Assembly (NCBI GenBank): GCA_015056725.1
Contig: SVFS01000002.1
Location: 15,884-79,883 of the forward strand
Source: Lachnospiraceae bacterium
Lineage (GTDB): Bacteria > Bacillota > Clostridia > Lachnospirales > Lachnospiraceae
Reading direction: 5' to 3'
Length of the DNA: 64,000 bases
Positions 52,386-62,283 of the stretch are shown here, piece after piece (within the stretch, counting starts at the first letter, position 1; every line of letters begins with the position of its first letter). Below the pieces are notes generated by a model. The model did not search any database and was not told where the DNA came from. It saw only the letters and a program-made list of their open reading frames with translations. Made by a program: the position numbers and the translations under genes.

Positions 52386-52766
52386 CTAATTAGCGTGGAT
52401 ATGATTTTTGATTGCTAAAAAGCTTTCTTCACTGATGTCATGCTCCATACGGCAGGCATCTTCTAAAGCAGTATCCGGGTCTACCCCCAGGCTGATCAGC
52501 CAGTTTGACAGGATGGTGTGCTTTTCAAGAACATGCTCTGCCTGTGTGCGACCGGCCTTTGTAAGTGTAATGTGTCCGCTTTCATCTATATCGATATAGC
52601 CTCTTTCACGAAGATTTTTCATAGCCACACTGACACTTGGTTTGGAAAAATTCATTTCACGAACGATGTCAATGGCACGTACTTCTGAAAGGCGTTTTTG
52701 AAGTGAGAGTATGGTTTCTAAATAATCTTCAGTGGATTCGTTGGAACGATGCTTTGTGTGATCCAT
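52386..52766 (-). CDS. DtxR/MntR-family metal-dependent regulator
   Basis: EDYLE, SKPSVS, H..L..L, DACRMEH; start 52766 after AGGAG; promoter TTGTCA-N17-TATGAT at 52823-52795. Confidence 0.92.
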   Translation of the reverse strand: MDHTKHRSNESTEDYLETILSLQKRLSEVRAIDIVREMNFSKPSVSVAMKNLRERGYIDIDESGHITLTKAGRTQAEHVLEKHTILSNWLISLGVDPDTALEDACRMEHDISEESFLAIKNHIHAN

Positions 52767-52830
52767 AGTTTGAATGCTCCTTTTTGATTTATCAATCATA
52801 CCATTTTTTGTATGAAATGACAAATGAATA

Positions 52831-53152
52831 TTTGGGTATTCCCTTTTACTTTTGGACTGACAGGTTCTAACTTTGGCGATTTTACCAATCCTTGATACGA
52901 ACAGAATAATAGGATAAAGTGAACGGAAAGATAAACTTGAATTGACCGAGCTCTTTGAGCGAGGGATGACAATTAAATTTACCTACTGTCTAGTAATAAT
53001 AAAGAGGCAGTAGGCAAAACACGAAAGAACCCGACGAATCCCAATTTATCGGGCAGTTGTGGTCTGCGATTATACCTCTCTTTGTCATTTTGACGAAGAG
53101 AGGTTATTTCTATCCTAAATCAGTCCAAAAGGTAATTGGAAGTTTGGGTATT
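52831..53152. mobile_element. Candidate small non-autonomous or invertible element
   Basis: 10-bp direct repeat tttgggtatt (52831, 53143); 12-bp perfect IR cttttggactga/tcagtccaaaag (52849, 53120); no ORF of gene size. Confidence 0.45.
52926..53112 (+). ncRNA. Candidate multi-hairpin small RNA
   Basis: TTGATA-N17-TAAAGT upstream; four hairpins, the last terminator-like (acctctctttgtc/gacgaagagaggt). Confidence 0.4.
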
Positions 53153-53213
53153 ACTATGGGGAGAAAATTGCTATAATAGGATAGACAAGATAGAAACGGA
53201 GTAGCATTGACGT

Positions 53214-54896
53214 ATGAAAAAACAGTGGTGGCATGAAAAGGTAGCATATCAGATTTATCCAAAAAGCTTTAAAGATACGAATGGTGATGGTATTGGTGAC
53301 TTGCGAGGAATTATATCAAAACTGGATTATCTGAAGGATTTGGGAATCGATATAATTTGGATTTCTCCCTGTTATAAATCTCCGTTTGCCGATCAGGGAT
53401 ATGATATTTCGGATTACTATAATATTGATCCCGTTTTTGGTAACATGTCTGATATGGAAGAGCTTATTGCGGAAGCGAAAAAGAGAGACATGTATATTCT
53501 TATGGATTTAGTAGTAAATCATTGTTCAGATGAACATGAATGGTTTCAGAAAGCGTTGGCGGATCCGGATGGAGAACATGGAAAGTATTTTTATATAGAA
53601 GAATGTAAAGACGGAAAACTTCCTTGTAACTGGAGAGCCTATTTTGGCGGTTCTGTATGGGAACAGATTCCGGGAACAGATAAATACTATTTTCATGCAT
53701 TTCATAAAAAGCAACCGGATTTAAACTGGGAAAATCCGGTGGTACGCGAAAAAATATATGAAATGATGAACTGGTGGCTGGATAAAGGTCTGGCGGGATT
53801 TCGTATTGATGCCATTATTAATATTAAAAAAGTGCTGCCATTTAAGGATTACCCTGCGGATAGAGAAGACGGATTATGTGATATCGGTTATATGCTGGCA
53901 GAAGCAGAGGGAGTACATGAGTTTTTGCAGGAAATGGCAGAGAAAACATTCAGACCGCATCAGGCTTTTTCTGTTGGAGAAGTGTTTAATGCAAAAGAAG
54001 ATGAACTGGGAGCATTTATCGGCGATAAGGGATGCTTTTCATCTATGTTTGATTTCAGTCAGACGATTTGTGGGCATAGTTTAAAGGGCTGGTATGACAG
54101 TGATGATATTACACCTGATGAATACAAAAACTGTTGTTTTACATCTCAAAGACAGGCTGGTAAGGTAGGATTTTTATCAAATATTATAGAAAATCATGAT
54201 GAATCCCGAGGGGTGAGCCGTTATATTCCGCGAGGGGACCAGAGCGAAATCAGTAAAAAGCTTTTAGCAACAGCATATTTTATGTTGAAGGGGCTGCCTT
54301 TTATTTATCAGGGACAGGAAATTGGAATGGAGAATCTGAAACTGGATTCGATAGATTGTATCAATGATATTAATACGCTGGACGAGTATCAGGTGGCTCT
54401 TGATGCGGGCTTGTCACCGGAAGAAGCAATAAAAACAGTTAATCGCTTTAGCCGGGATAATGCACGTACACCATTTCAATGGAGTGCAGAGGAAAATGCA
54501 GGTTTTACGACAGGAAAGCCATGGCTTTTTGTGAATCCGAACTATACGGAGATTAATGTTAACGAGCAGCTTGGGCGCAAAGAGTCGGTACTCAATCATT
54601 ATAAAAAACTAATTATGCTTCGAAAAAACAAGGAATATAAAGATACCATTGTATATGGTGAGGTGGTTCCTGTGATGGCAGATGTGCAAAATCTGATGGC
54701 GTATTATCGCATGGGTGAAAAGCAGACGCTTCTTGTGCTTGCTAATTTCCAAAAAGAAGAAAGAACTGTTACTTTGGAAATGCCATACAAACGTGTCCTT
54801 TTAGATAACTACGGACAGGAGCAATGGTATGACAATATTACAGACAAGAAAAATATTTTGTTGAAAGAATATCAGGCAGTAATATTAGAAATGTAA
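53214..54896 (+). CDS. GH13 alpha-glucosidase / oligo-1,6-glucosidase
   Basis: YQIYPKSF, DLVVNH, QPDLN, GFRIDA, ENHD, YQGQEIG, RDNARTP. Confidence 0.93.
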   Translation: MKKQWWHEKVAYQIYPKSFKDTNGDGIGDLRGIISKLDYLKDLGIDIIWISPCYKSPFADQGYDISDYYNIDPVFGNMSDMEELIAEAKKRDMYILMDLVVNHCSDEHEWFQKALADPDGEHGKYFYIEECKDGKLPCNWRAYFGGSVWEQIPGTDKYYFHAFHKKQPDLNWENPVVREKIYEMMNWWLDKGLAGFRIDAIINIKKVLPFKDYPADREDGLCDIGYMLAEAEGVHEFLQEMAEKTFRPHQAFSVGEVFNAKEDELGAFIGDKGCFSSMFDFSQTICGHSLKGWYDSDDITPDEYKNCCFTSQRQAGKVGFLSNIIENHDESRGVSRYIPRGDQSEISKKLLATAYFMLKGLPFIYQGQEIGMENLKLDSIDCINDINTLDEYQVALDAGLSPEEAIKTVNRFSRDNARTPFQWSAEENAGFTTGKPWLFVNPNYTEINVNEQLGRKESVLNHYKKLIMLRKNKEYKDTIVYGEVVPVMADVQNLMAYYRMGEKQTLLVLANFQKEERTVTLEMPYKRVLLDNYGQEQWYDNITDKKNILLKEYQAVILEM

Positions 54897-54962
54897 CGTT
54901 AAAGACAGAACTTTTAAAGGCAGAACTTCTATTTGTGAAGCTCTGCCTTTTTCTATGCTTGT

Positions 54963-56207
54963 TTATACCTGTGTATTGATACCGTTCAAATTAATATGCT
55001 CGTTTTCTTCCATTGGAATAACGAGGTATTTCTTACCGGCAATAATTTCGGATTTGATTTGGGATGCTTTTTCCGGTTTGACGCGGAGAATGACATCATA
55101 AATTTTGTTTGGTTCATTACCTTCTTCGTCTTTTGCAAGGAAGGTTTTTTGAACAAGCTCGCGCTGTAGTTCCTGTACCTGAAGTCTAAGGGTTTCTTCC
55201 TCTTTTTCACGGGCATTTTTTTCCAGTGCCTTTTCATCAATCAGGTTTTTCACTTCGGGAAGTCCGTTTTCGAATTCTTTGGAAACTTCGGCCTGAATGA
55301 TTCTGGCTTTTTCACCGGTAATTCCGTTTTCGGATAAAACTTCTTCGATAACCTCCGGAGTTAATACAGGCTCTTCTTCAAAAGGGATTTCTTCATCGGA
55401 GGATATTTTTTCCTGCAGGCTTTCCTGAATTTGTAAAAGCATGTCATCACTATCCTCGGATTCCGGACCAAGCGCTTTTTTAACGATAGAGTGGAAGGTC
55501 TGTTTTTGCTCCGTAGCAGTACGTTTGCTGCCGCAGCCAAGAGCGTCCTGTACGAAATCAGGATGAGAATCCTTTGCATCTTTTACATAATAGGTAAGTG
55601 CGTGAATATCGCTGCTTCGTTCTGAAAAGGCAGGGAAGAGAAAGCCAACATCAGGAGCACCCACTACCCAGTCTCTGATACGTGCACCGATACGGTTTTC
55701 TTCCTCACGATAGCCCAGTCCCGGTTTGGAAAGGCAAACAGGACAGATGGCACAAAGCAGATAATCATATACTTCTTCGGATTCATCAATCTTCATATTA
55801 TCACTTGTTTTTGTGATAACATCGTATGTATCGTGGAACAGAAGGATGAGATAATTGCCGGCAAATTCATAATGCTCGATAATTAAATCATAGAAACGGT
55901 CAAGCAAATCTTCATTTTTCAATTCGCTGGCACGAAGACCTAAAAGAAATTGCTGCTTACCGCCTGCTTCTTCTTCAATAAGAGGAAATTCCAGCTTTAA
56001 CAGGTTGTTTCCAATTGTACCGGAGAGACATTTTCTGGCAATTTCCAGATATTTATAAAATTCTTCATCATCCAGATTTAAAAAGGTTTCTGATATTTTT
56101 ACAACTTTATTGCGATTTGCATCTACATAGCAGCCACACATTTTCGTGATGGTACATTCTGTTTTGCTAAGGCGTCGTTTGAGTTCCAGAATATCTTTTT
56201 TTGTCAT
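54963..56207 (-). CDS. DUF4317 family protein
   Basis: MTKKDILELKRR, GCYVD, LCAICPV, GFLFPAF..RSSD pattern. Confidence 0.8.
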   Translation of the reverse strand: MTKKDILELKRRLSKTECTITKMCGCYVDANRNKVVKISETFLNLDDEEFYKYLEIARKCLSGTIGNNLLKLEFPLIEEEAGGKQQFLLGLRASELKNEDLLDRFYDLIIEHYEFAGNYLILLFHDTYDVITKTSDNMKIDESEEVYDYLLCAICPVCLSKPGLGYREEENRIGARIRDWVVGAPDVGFLFPAFSERSSDIHALTYYVKDAKDSHPDFVQDALGCGSKRTATEQKQTFHSIVKKALGPESEDSDDMLLQIQESLQEKISSDEEIPFEEEPVLTPEVIEEVLSENGITGEKARIIQAEVSKEFENGLPEVKNLIDEKALEKNAREKEEETLRLQVQELQRELVQKTFLAKDEEGNEPNKIYDVILRVKPEKASQIKSEIIAGKKYLVIPMEENEHINLNGINTQV

Positions 56208-56459
56208 AATATTTCATCCTATATTGTTTGGTATTATGTCACTATTTATGAAGGACAAAAGCAATCACAAAGGGACACTATGACATCATAGCATTTTTTG
56301 ATACAGTATGTAAATTGGATGTTGTCATAAAATAAAAAATTACCCTTTTAGGATTAGGAATAATATAGTACAATGAAATAGACTTTTTAAAGACGGAATC
56401 GATTATAGATAGAAGATGGGGATAATTGGTTCCACACAAACATCGTAGAAAGGGAACGC

Positions 56460-57527
56460 ATGAAAATGAAAACAATGATGAAAAAAGCGATAGCTGTTAC
56501 TTTGTCTCTTGCAATGGCAGTTACTGTATTTATGGGGGCTTCCTTGGAAAGTAAAGCGTATACAGAAACAAATCTTCGCTCTGTATATACAAATGAACCA
56601 ACAACAGCAGCAAAAGCAAATTTAAGACCTATCGCAGTTATGATGCCTACAGATAAGGTTGCACAGCCTTCTTACGGTATTAGTAAGGCAGACGTTTTAT
56701 ACGAAATTATGGAAGAAGGTAATATTTCCAGACAGCTTGCGGTAATTAATGACTGGACAGGCATGGCACGTATCGGTAATATCAGAAGCTGTAGATTATA
56801 TTACATTCCTGTAGCAAAGGAATGGGATCCGATTCTGATTCACTTTGGTGGTGTATGTTATATGCAGGGAACAATTGATGCACCGGATGTAAATAACCTT
56901 TCCGGTACATACGAATATGGTGTAGGTGGTAGTGCACCTGGCGCAGGTAACTATTTCCGTACAAGTGACAGAAAAGCACCTCATAATGCATACATCAGTG
57001 CACAGGGAATTATGAAAGCCTGTACAAAATTAGGCTATTCCATGAACCTTAGAGATGGCTTTTATAACAGTAAACACTTTAACTTTGCAGAAGGTGTTAA
57101 CACATTGGCACAGTATCCAAATGCGGCTACAGCAAATGTAATTGACTTAGCACAGGTATTCCCATATACAAAGAGCTCCTTAAGCTACAATCCGGCAGAT
57201 GGTATGTACTATAAAAACCTTCATGGCGTGCCACAGACAGACGGACTTACAGGTACTCAGCTTAAGTTCGCGAACGTAATTGTACAGAATACAATTTGGG
57301 GACCGGCATCTCCGATGGATTCCAAATATCTTGCATTCGCTATGGTAGATAATACAATGGATGGTTATTACTTTACAAAAGGAAAAGCTATTCATGTGAC
57401 ATGGCAGAAAGCAAGCGATTATGCGCCAACACGTTATTTTGACGATAATGGTAACGAAATCCAGTTAAATACAGGAAAGACATATATTGCAATTGCTCAG
57501 GCAGGAAGAGCAGTAAGATTTTATTAA
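56460..57527 (+). CDS. Secreted DUF3048 (YerB-like) protein
   Basis: Signal peptide; RPIAVM, GIS.AD..YE..EG.ISR, IRSCR, R..DRKAPHN, GKTYI. Confidence 0.85.
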   Translation: MKMKTMMKKAIAVTLSLAMAVTVFMGASLESKAYTETNLRSVYTNEPTTAAKANLRPIAVMMPTDKVAQPSYGISKADVLYEIMEEGNISRQLAVINDWTGMARIGNIRSCRLYYIPVAKEWDPILIHFGGVCYMQGTIDAPDVNNLSGTYEYGVGGSAPGAGNYFRTSDRKAPHNAYISAQGIMKACTKLGYSMNLRDGFYNSKHFNFAEGVNTLAQYPNAATANVIDLAQVFPYTKSSLSYNPADGMYYKNLHGVPQTDGLTGTQLKFANVIVQNTIWGPASPMDSKYLAFAMVDNTMDGYYFTKGKAIHVTWQKASDYAPTRYFDDNGNEIQLNTGKTYIAIAQAGRAVRFY

Positions 57528-57682
57528 TTAATAGTAAGATTGCTTAAGAAGAAATGATAAGGACAGGAGAAATCCTGTCCTTATTTTATGGAAAACTATA
57601 ATAAATCATAAGACTGCTCGTTTCATCGCCATAACAAAAAAACAACCTGTCATGACGGTAACAGGTTGCTTGTGTTTATAAA

Positions 57683-57946
57683 TTAGTCCATTTTGTTAAC
57701 GGCTACTGTAAGACGAGAAACTTTTCTTGCAGCATTGTTTTTGTGGTAAATACCTTTTGTAGTAGCTTTATCAATTGTAGAAATAGCTTCTGTTAAAGCT
57801 GCTGTAGCTGCTGCTTTATCTTTTGCGTCGATAGCTGCATATACTTTCTTGATGGCTGTCTTAACGCCGGATTTGATAGATTTGTTTCTTTCAGCTTTAG
57901 TTCTGTTAACTAAAATTCTCTTTTTTGCAGATTTAATATTTGCCAA
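57683..57946 (-). CDS. rpsT: 30S ribosomal protein S20
   Basis: MANIKSAKKR...HKNNAARKVSRL; TTG start after GGAGG. Confidence 0.99.
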   Translation of the reverse strand: MANIKSAKKRILVNRTKAERNKSIKSGVKTAIKKVYAAIDAKDKAAATAALTEAISTIDKATTKGIYHKNNAARKVSRLTVAVNKMD

Positions 57947-58037
57947 GATGACACCTCCAATGAATTCTACTTTTCGTCCAAGTTATTCATGTTACATCTA
58001 GCGAGACACGGAATGCTAATGTAAACATACGCATATT

Positions 58038-58066
58038 ATTGTAATAAGAGAAAACTTTTCTGTCAA
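58038..58066 (-). promoter_or_regulatory. sigmaA promoter of rpsT
   Basis: TTGACA-N17-TACAAT on minus strand. Confidence 0.8.
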
Positions 58067-58138
58067 TACATATTTTGCGAAAAACAGCAAAAAATATCAT
58101 CAAAATAGCAAATAAAAAAAGAACCAAAGGGTGGGAGC

Positions 58139-59032
58139 ATGGCATTTCAAATTAGAACGGATTTGGCATTGGAAGCAAGAGAGTCTGTAGCATTACAGGA
58201 TGGTAACATGCGGGGGATCCGTGTGGAAGAGGAAGTTGACAAAGAAAACGAAGTTTATATTACAAAAGTATTTATTGAAACAAAAAATGCAGCAAAAAGC
58301 ATGGGGAAACTTCCGGGCACATATATTACTTTAGAGGTACCTCAGATGGCATTGGCTGATGAAGGATATCATCGTGAGATTTCACGTAAGGTTGCAAAGC
58401 AGCTTTGCAGTCTTTTGCCGGAGGAGAAGGAAGAATTGTCGGTGCTTGTTGTCGGACTTGGTAATAGAGACGTAACAGCGGATGCATTGGGGCCAAATGT
58501 GGCGGACCGACTGCATATTACGCGACATGTTGTTAAGGAATTTGGACAAAGAGCGTTTGAACAAAAAGAGGTCCATCTCATAAGTGCCATTGTACCTGGG
58601 GTAATGGCAAAAACAGGAATGGAAAGCTTTGAAATTGTAAAAGGAGTAGTGGCACAAACAGAGCCGGATGTAGTGATTGCCGTAGATGCTTTGGCGGCAA
58701 GGAGTACCAAAAGGCTTAATCGGACTATTCAGATTACAGATACAGGAGTTCAGCCGGGGTCAGGTGTTGGAAATCATAGACATGCTCTGACAAAGGAGAC
58801 ATTGCATGTTCCGGTAATCGGAATTGGGATTCCAACGGTGGTGGATGCCGGTACGATTGTAAATGATGCGGTGGAAAAAGAGTATCGGGATAAATTGCTG
58901 AGAGATGATTTACATTTTTCAAAAATGACAGAATTACAAAATATGTATGTTACGACAAAGGATATTGACGACGTGATTAATCGGGTTAGCTTTACAATAT
59001 CGGAGGCAATTAATATTGCATTGGAAAAGTAA
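58139..59032 (+). CDS. gpr: Germination protease GPR
   Basis: RTDLALE, GLGN, DALGP, PGVM, DALAAR, PGSGVGN, GIPTVVD. Confidence 0.97.
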   Translation: MAFQIRTDLALEARESVALQDGNMRGIRVEEEVDKENEVYITKVFIETKNAAKSMGKLPGTYITLEVPQMALADEGYHREISRKVAKQLCSLLPEEKEELSVLVVGLGNRDVTADALGPNVADRLHITRHVVKEFGQRAFEQKEVHLISAIVPGVMAKTGMESFEIVKGVVAQTEPDVVIAVDALAARSTKRLNRTIQITDTGVQPGSGVGNHRHALTKETLHVPVIGIGIPTVVDAGTIVNDAVEKEYRDKLLRDDLHFSKMTELQNMYVTTKDIDDVINRVSFTISEAINIALEK

Positions 59033-60299
59033 TTATATTTATACCATAGGACTTATTGCTTTTTTGTGTCTTTGTCCGCAGACAATGTGGATAGAGACAC
59101 TTTATCAGTTATGGTCACCGTTGACGGCAATGTGCATCTTAGAAGAAAAATATGTATGGGAAAAGCCTGTAGAAATGGTTATGCTCGATTTTGCGGAAGC
59201 ACAGATGCCTATTTACCGGTACAGTATGTCCTATTACGGAAATGAAGTAATCAAAGAGCCGGACCGGGAATATGAAAATGAAATGCCTGAAATTTCGGAG
59301 CCATCTGATGGGAAGAAGGAATCGGAAAAGATAATGGATGAAGAGAAAAAGGAAATGGCAGTGCAGGAGCAGACAGAAAGTGAAAAGTTACTGCCTGATA
59401 TTTCTGCGACAGAAACGGATACCGGTATACGGCTGAATGAAGAGGACTCCGGCTTTTATGTAACAGATGGGAATATACAAAAATCGATTAGCTATTCTAC
59501 ACAGCTGCTAAGAACACAAAAAGTAAAAGATATCGATTTGCGGCAGTATTACGATGAAGAGAAGCTGGTAGAGGATTTTTATACGATAGATGCATCTACC
59601 GGTTTGGAACAACCCTTATCCTTGGAAGAATTACTTGGTAAGGATATGACGATACAGAAATCGGAAAGTGAGCCACAGATTTTGATATATCATACGCATT
59701 CGCAGGAAGGGTTTCAAAATTCCATGCCGGGAAGTGTAGACAGTAGTATTGTTGGGGCAGGTGAAATTCTGGCAAATCTCTTACATGAGGAATATGGGTA
59801 TCAGGTAATCCATTGCAAGGAACAGTTTGATGTGCAGTCAAGGGATTATGCATATTCGTATGCGCTTCCTGCAATTGAGCAGATTCTTAAGGACAATCCC
59901 ACAATTGAGGTGGTTATAGATTTACATAGAGATGCTGTGCCGGAGGATAGCAAACTCCTTACGAACATAGAAGGAATTGACATGGCACAGTTTATGTTTT
60001 TTAACGGCTTGAGCTTTCACAAGGATATCGGAAAGATTGCGTATTTATCAAATCCTTATCTGATGGATAATCTGGCGTTTTCTTTTCAGATGCAGCTGGC
60101 ATGTGAAAGCTATTATCCGGGGCTTGCCCGCAAGATTTATTTAAAAGGGTATCGCTATAATATGCACCTTTGTTCGAAGGCGCTGCTGGTAGAATTAGGG
60201 GCACAGACGAATACCTTTCAGGAAGCAGTACAGTCACTTGCACCGCTTGCCAGATGCCTGCATGTTGTGTTGTCCGGCGAACTGGACAAGGAAATCTAA
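59016..60299 (+). CDS. spoIIP: Stage II sporulation protein P
   Basis: IYHTHSQE, IDLHRD, RYN.H, VELG; follows gpr; TTG start after GGAGG. Confidence 0.9.
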   Translation: MHWKSNYIYTIGLIAFLCLCPQTMWIETLYQLWSPLTAMCILEEKYVWEKPVEMVMLDFAEAQMPIYRYSMSYYGNEVIKEPDREYENEMPEISEPSDGKKESEKIMDEEKKEMAVQEQTESEKLLPDISATETDTGIRLNEEDSGFYVTDGNIQKSISYSTQLLRTQKVKDIDLRQYYDEEKLVEDFYTIDASTGLEQPLSLEELLGKDMTIQKSESEPQILIYHTHSQEGFQNSMPGSVDSSIVGAGEILANLLHEEYGYQVIHCKEQFDVQSRDYAYSYALPAIEQILKDNPTIEVVIDLHRDAVPEDSKLLTNIEGIDMAQFMFFNGLSFHKDIGKIAYLSNPYLMDNLAFSFQMQLACESYYPGLARKIYLKGYRYNMHLCSKALLVELGAQTNTFQEAVQSLAPLARCLHVVLSGELDKEI

Positions 60300-60356
60300 G
60301 TTTGCTATACTAATTTGGTTAAGAATAAAAAGTACCCACAGAATCAGGAGGACTAC

Positions 60357-62171
60357 ATGGCAGGTGTAGAACAAAGCAAGATTAGAAATTTTTGTATTAT
60401 AGCGCATATCGATCATGGTAAATCCACTTTGGCAGATCGTATTATAGAAAAAACAGGCACATTGACCAGCAGGGAAATGCAGGATCAGGTGCTTGATAAT
60501 ATGGATTTGGAAAGAGAAAGAGGAATTACGATTAAAGCACAGTCTGTACGTATCGTATACAAAGCCAAGGACGGAGAGGAATATATTTTTAACTTAATTG
60601 ATACTCCGGGACATGTGGACTTTAACTACGAAGTGAGCAGAGCTTTGGCAGCCTGCGACGGAGCAATTCTTGTTGTGGATGCAGCACAGGGAATTGAGGC
60701 ACAGACACTTGCCAATGTATATCTTGCACTGGATCATGACCTGGATGTATTTCCGGTTATTAATAAAATTGATTTACCAAGTGCGGAGCCGCAGCGCGTG
60801 ATTGAAGAAATAGAAGATATTATTGGAATAGAAGCAGAGGATGCACCGCTTATTTCTGCCAAAAACGGTATTGGTATTGAAGAGGTACTGGAGCAGGTAG
60901 TGGCAAAAGTACCGGCACCGGTTGGAGATCCGGAAGCACCGTTACAGGCATTGATTTTTGACTCTCTTTATGATTCCTATAAAGGCGTTATTGTATTTTG
61001 CCGTATTAAGAATGGACGAGTTAAAAAGGGAACAAAGATTAAAATGATGGCAACGAATGCTACTGCGGAAGTGGTAGAGGTAGGCTATTTTGGTGCCGGT
61101 CAGTTTATTCCATGCGATGAGCTTATGGCAGGTATGGTAGGTTATATTACCGCCTCTATCAAAAATGTAAAAGATACCCGTGTCGGTGATACGGTTACCG
61201 ATATGGAAAATCCATGCGAAAAGCCATTGCCGGGATATAAAAAAGTAAATCCAATGGTATATTGCGGTGTGTATCCGGCAGATACCAATAAGTATCCTGA
61301 TCTTAGAGATGCACTTGAAAAGCTTCAGTTAAATGATGCGGCATTATTTTTCGAGCCGGAGACATCGCTGGCACTTGGCTTTGGTTTCCGTTGCGGATTC
61401 TTAGGCCTTCTCCATTTGGATATTATTCAGGAGCGTCTGGAACGGGAATATAATCTGGACCTGGTGACGACTGCTCCGGGCGTTATCTATCATGTGTATA
61501 AGACAAACGGAGAAATGATAGAGCTTACCAATCCGTCCAATCTTCCGGACCCGTCAGAAATTGACTATATGGAAGAGCCGATTGTAAGTTCTGAAATCAT
61601 GGTGACAACGGAATTTATCGGACCGATTATGCAGCTTTGTCAGGAAAGACGAGGCAGATATATCAGTACGGAATACATTGAAAGCAACAGGGCACTTCTG
61701 AAATATGAACTGCCATTAAATGAAATTATTTACGATTTCTTTGATGCATTAAAATCCCGTTCGAAAGGCTATGCGAGCTTTGATTATGACTTAAAGGGAT
61801 ATGAAGCTTCTAAGCTTGTGAAGCTGGATATTCTTGTAAATAAAGAAGAGGTGGATGCCTTGTCCTTTATCGTACATGCGGAGAGTGCGTATGAGCGTGG
61901 ACGTAAAATGTGCGAAAAACTGAAGGAGGAAATTCCGAGACACTTATTTGAAATTCCGATTCAGGCAGCAGTAGGTGGTAAGGTTATTGCCAGAGAGACC
62001 GTACGTGCTATGCGTAAAGACGTACTTGCGAAATGCTATGGTGGTGACATTACACGTAAGAGAAAGCTTCTGGAAAAACAGAAGGAAGGTAAGAAACGTA
62101 TGCGTCAGGTGGGTAATGTGGAAATTCCGCAGAGTGCATTTATGAGCGTACTTAAACTAGATACAAATTAA
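60357..62171 (+). CDS. lepA: Elongation factor 4
   Basis: [30 protein letters not shown]; start 60357 after GGAGG. Confidence 0.99.
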   Translation: MAGVEQSKIRNFCIIAHIDHGKSTLADRIIEKTGTLTSREMQDQVLDNMDLERERGITIKAQSVRIVYKAKDGEEYIFNLIDTPGHVDFNYEVSRALAACDGAILVVDAAQGIEAQTLANVYLALDHDLDVFPVINKIDLPSAEPQRVIEEIEDIIGIEAEDAPLISAKNGIGIEEVLEQVVAKVPAPVGDPEAPLQALIFDSLYDSYKGVIVFCRIKNGRVKKGTKIKMMATNATAEVVEVGYFGAGQFIPCDELMAGMVGYITASIKNVKDTRVGDTVTDMENPCEKPLPGYKKVNPMVYCGVYPADTNKYPDLRDALEKLQLNDAALFFEPETSLALGFGFRCGFLGLLHLDIIQERLEREYNLDLVTTAPGVIYHVYKTNGEMIELTNPSNLPDPSEIDYMEEPIVSSEIMVTTEFIGPIMQLCQERRGRYISTEYIESNRALLKYELPLNEIIYDFFDALKSRSKGYASFDYDLKGYEASKLVKLDILVNKEEVDALSFIVHAESAYERGRKMCEKLKEEIPRHLFEIPIQAAVGGKVIARETVRAMRKDVLAKCYGGDITRKRKLLEKQKEGKKRMRQVGNVEIPQSAFMSVLKLDTN

Positions 62172-62283
62172 AGACAGGGCACGGAACAGGTGCTATAAGA
62201 AACAGCGTACCCTGTGAGGGACGCTGTTTTTTGTGTGTAACAGAAAAGTGAAGAACTGATTTATATTAATAGCAGGAGAATCT

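Noticed and set aside
53011-53045. GGCAAAAC..CGAAAG..GACG resembling a c-di-GMP-I riboswitch
   Set aside because: The stem around the GAAA tetraloop does not pair and the GCAAA/second-stem consensus is missing.
53055-53110. TGTGGTCTGCG before a terminator resembling a T-box antiterminator
   Set aside because: Does not match UGGNACC, no stem I/specifier is visible, and the downstream gene is a glucosidase.
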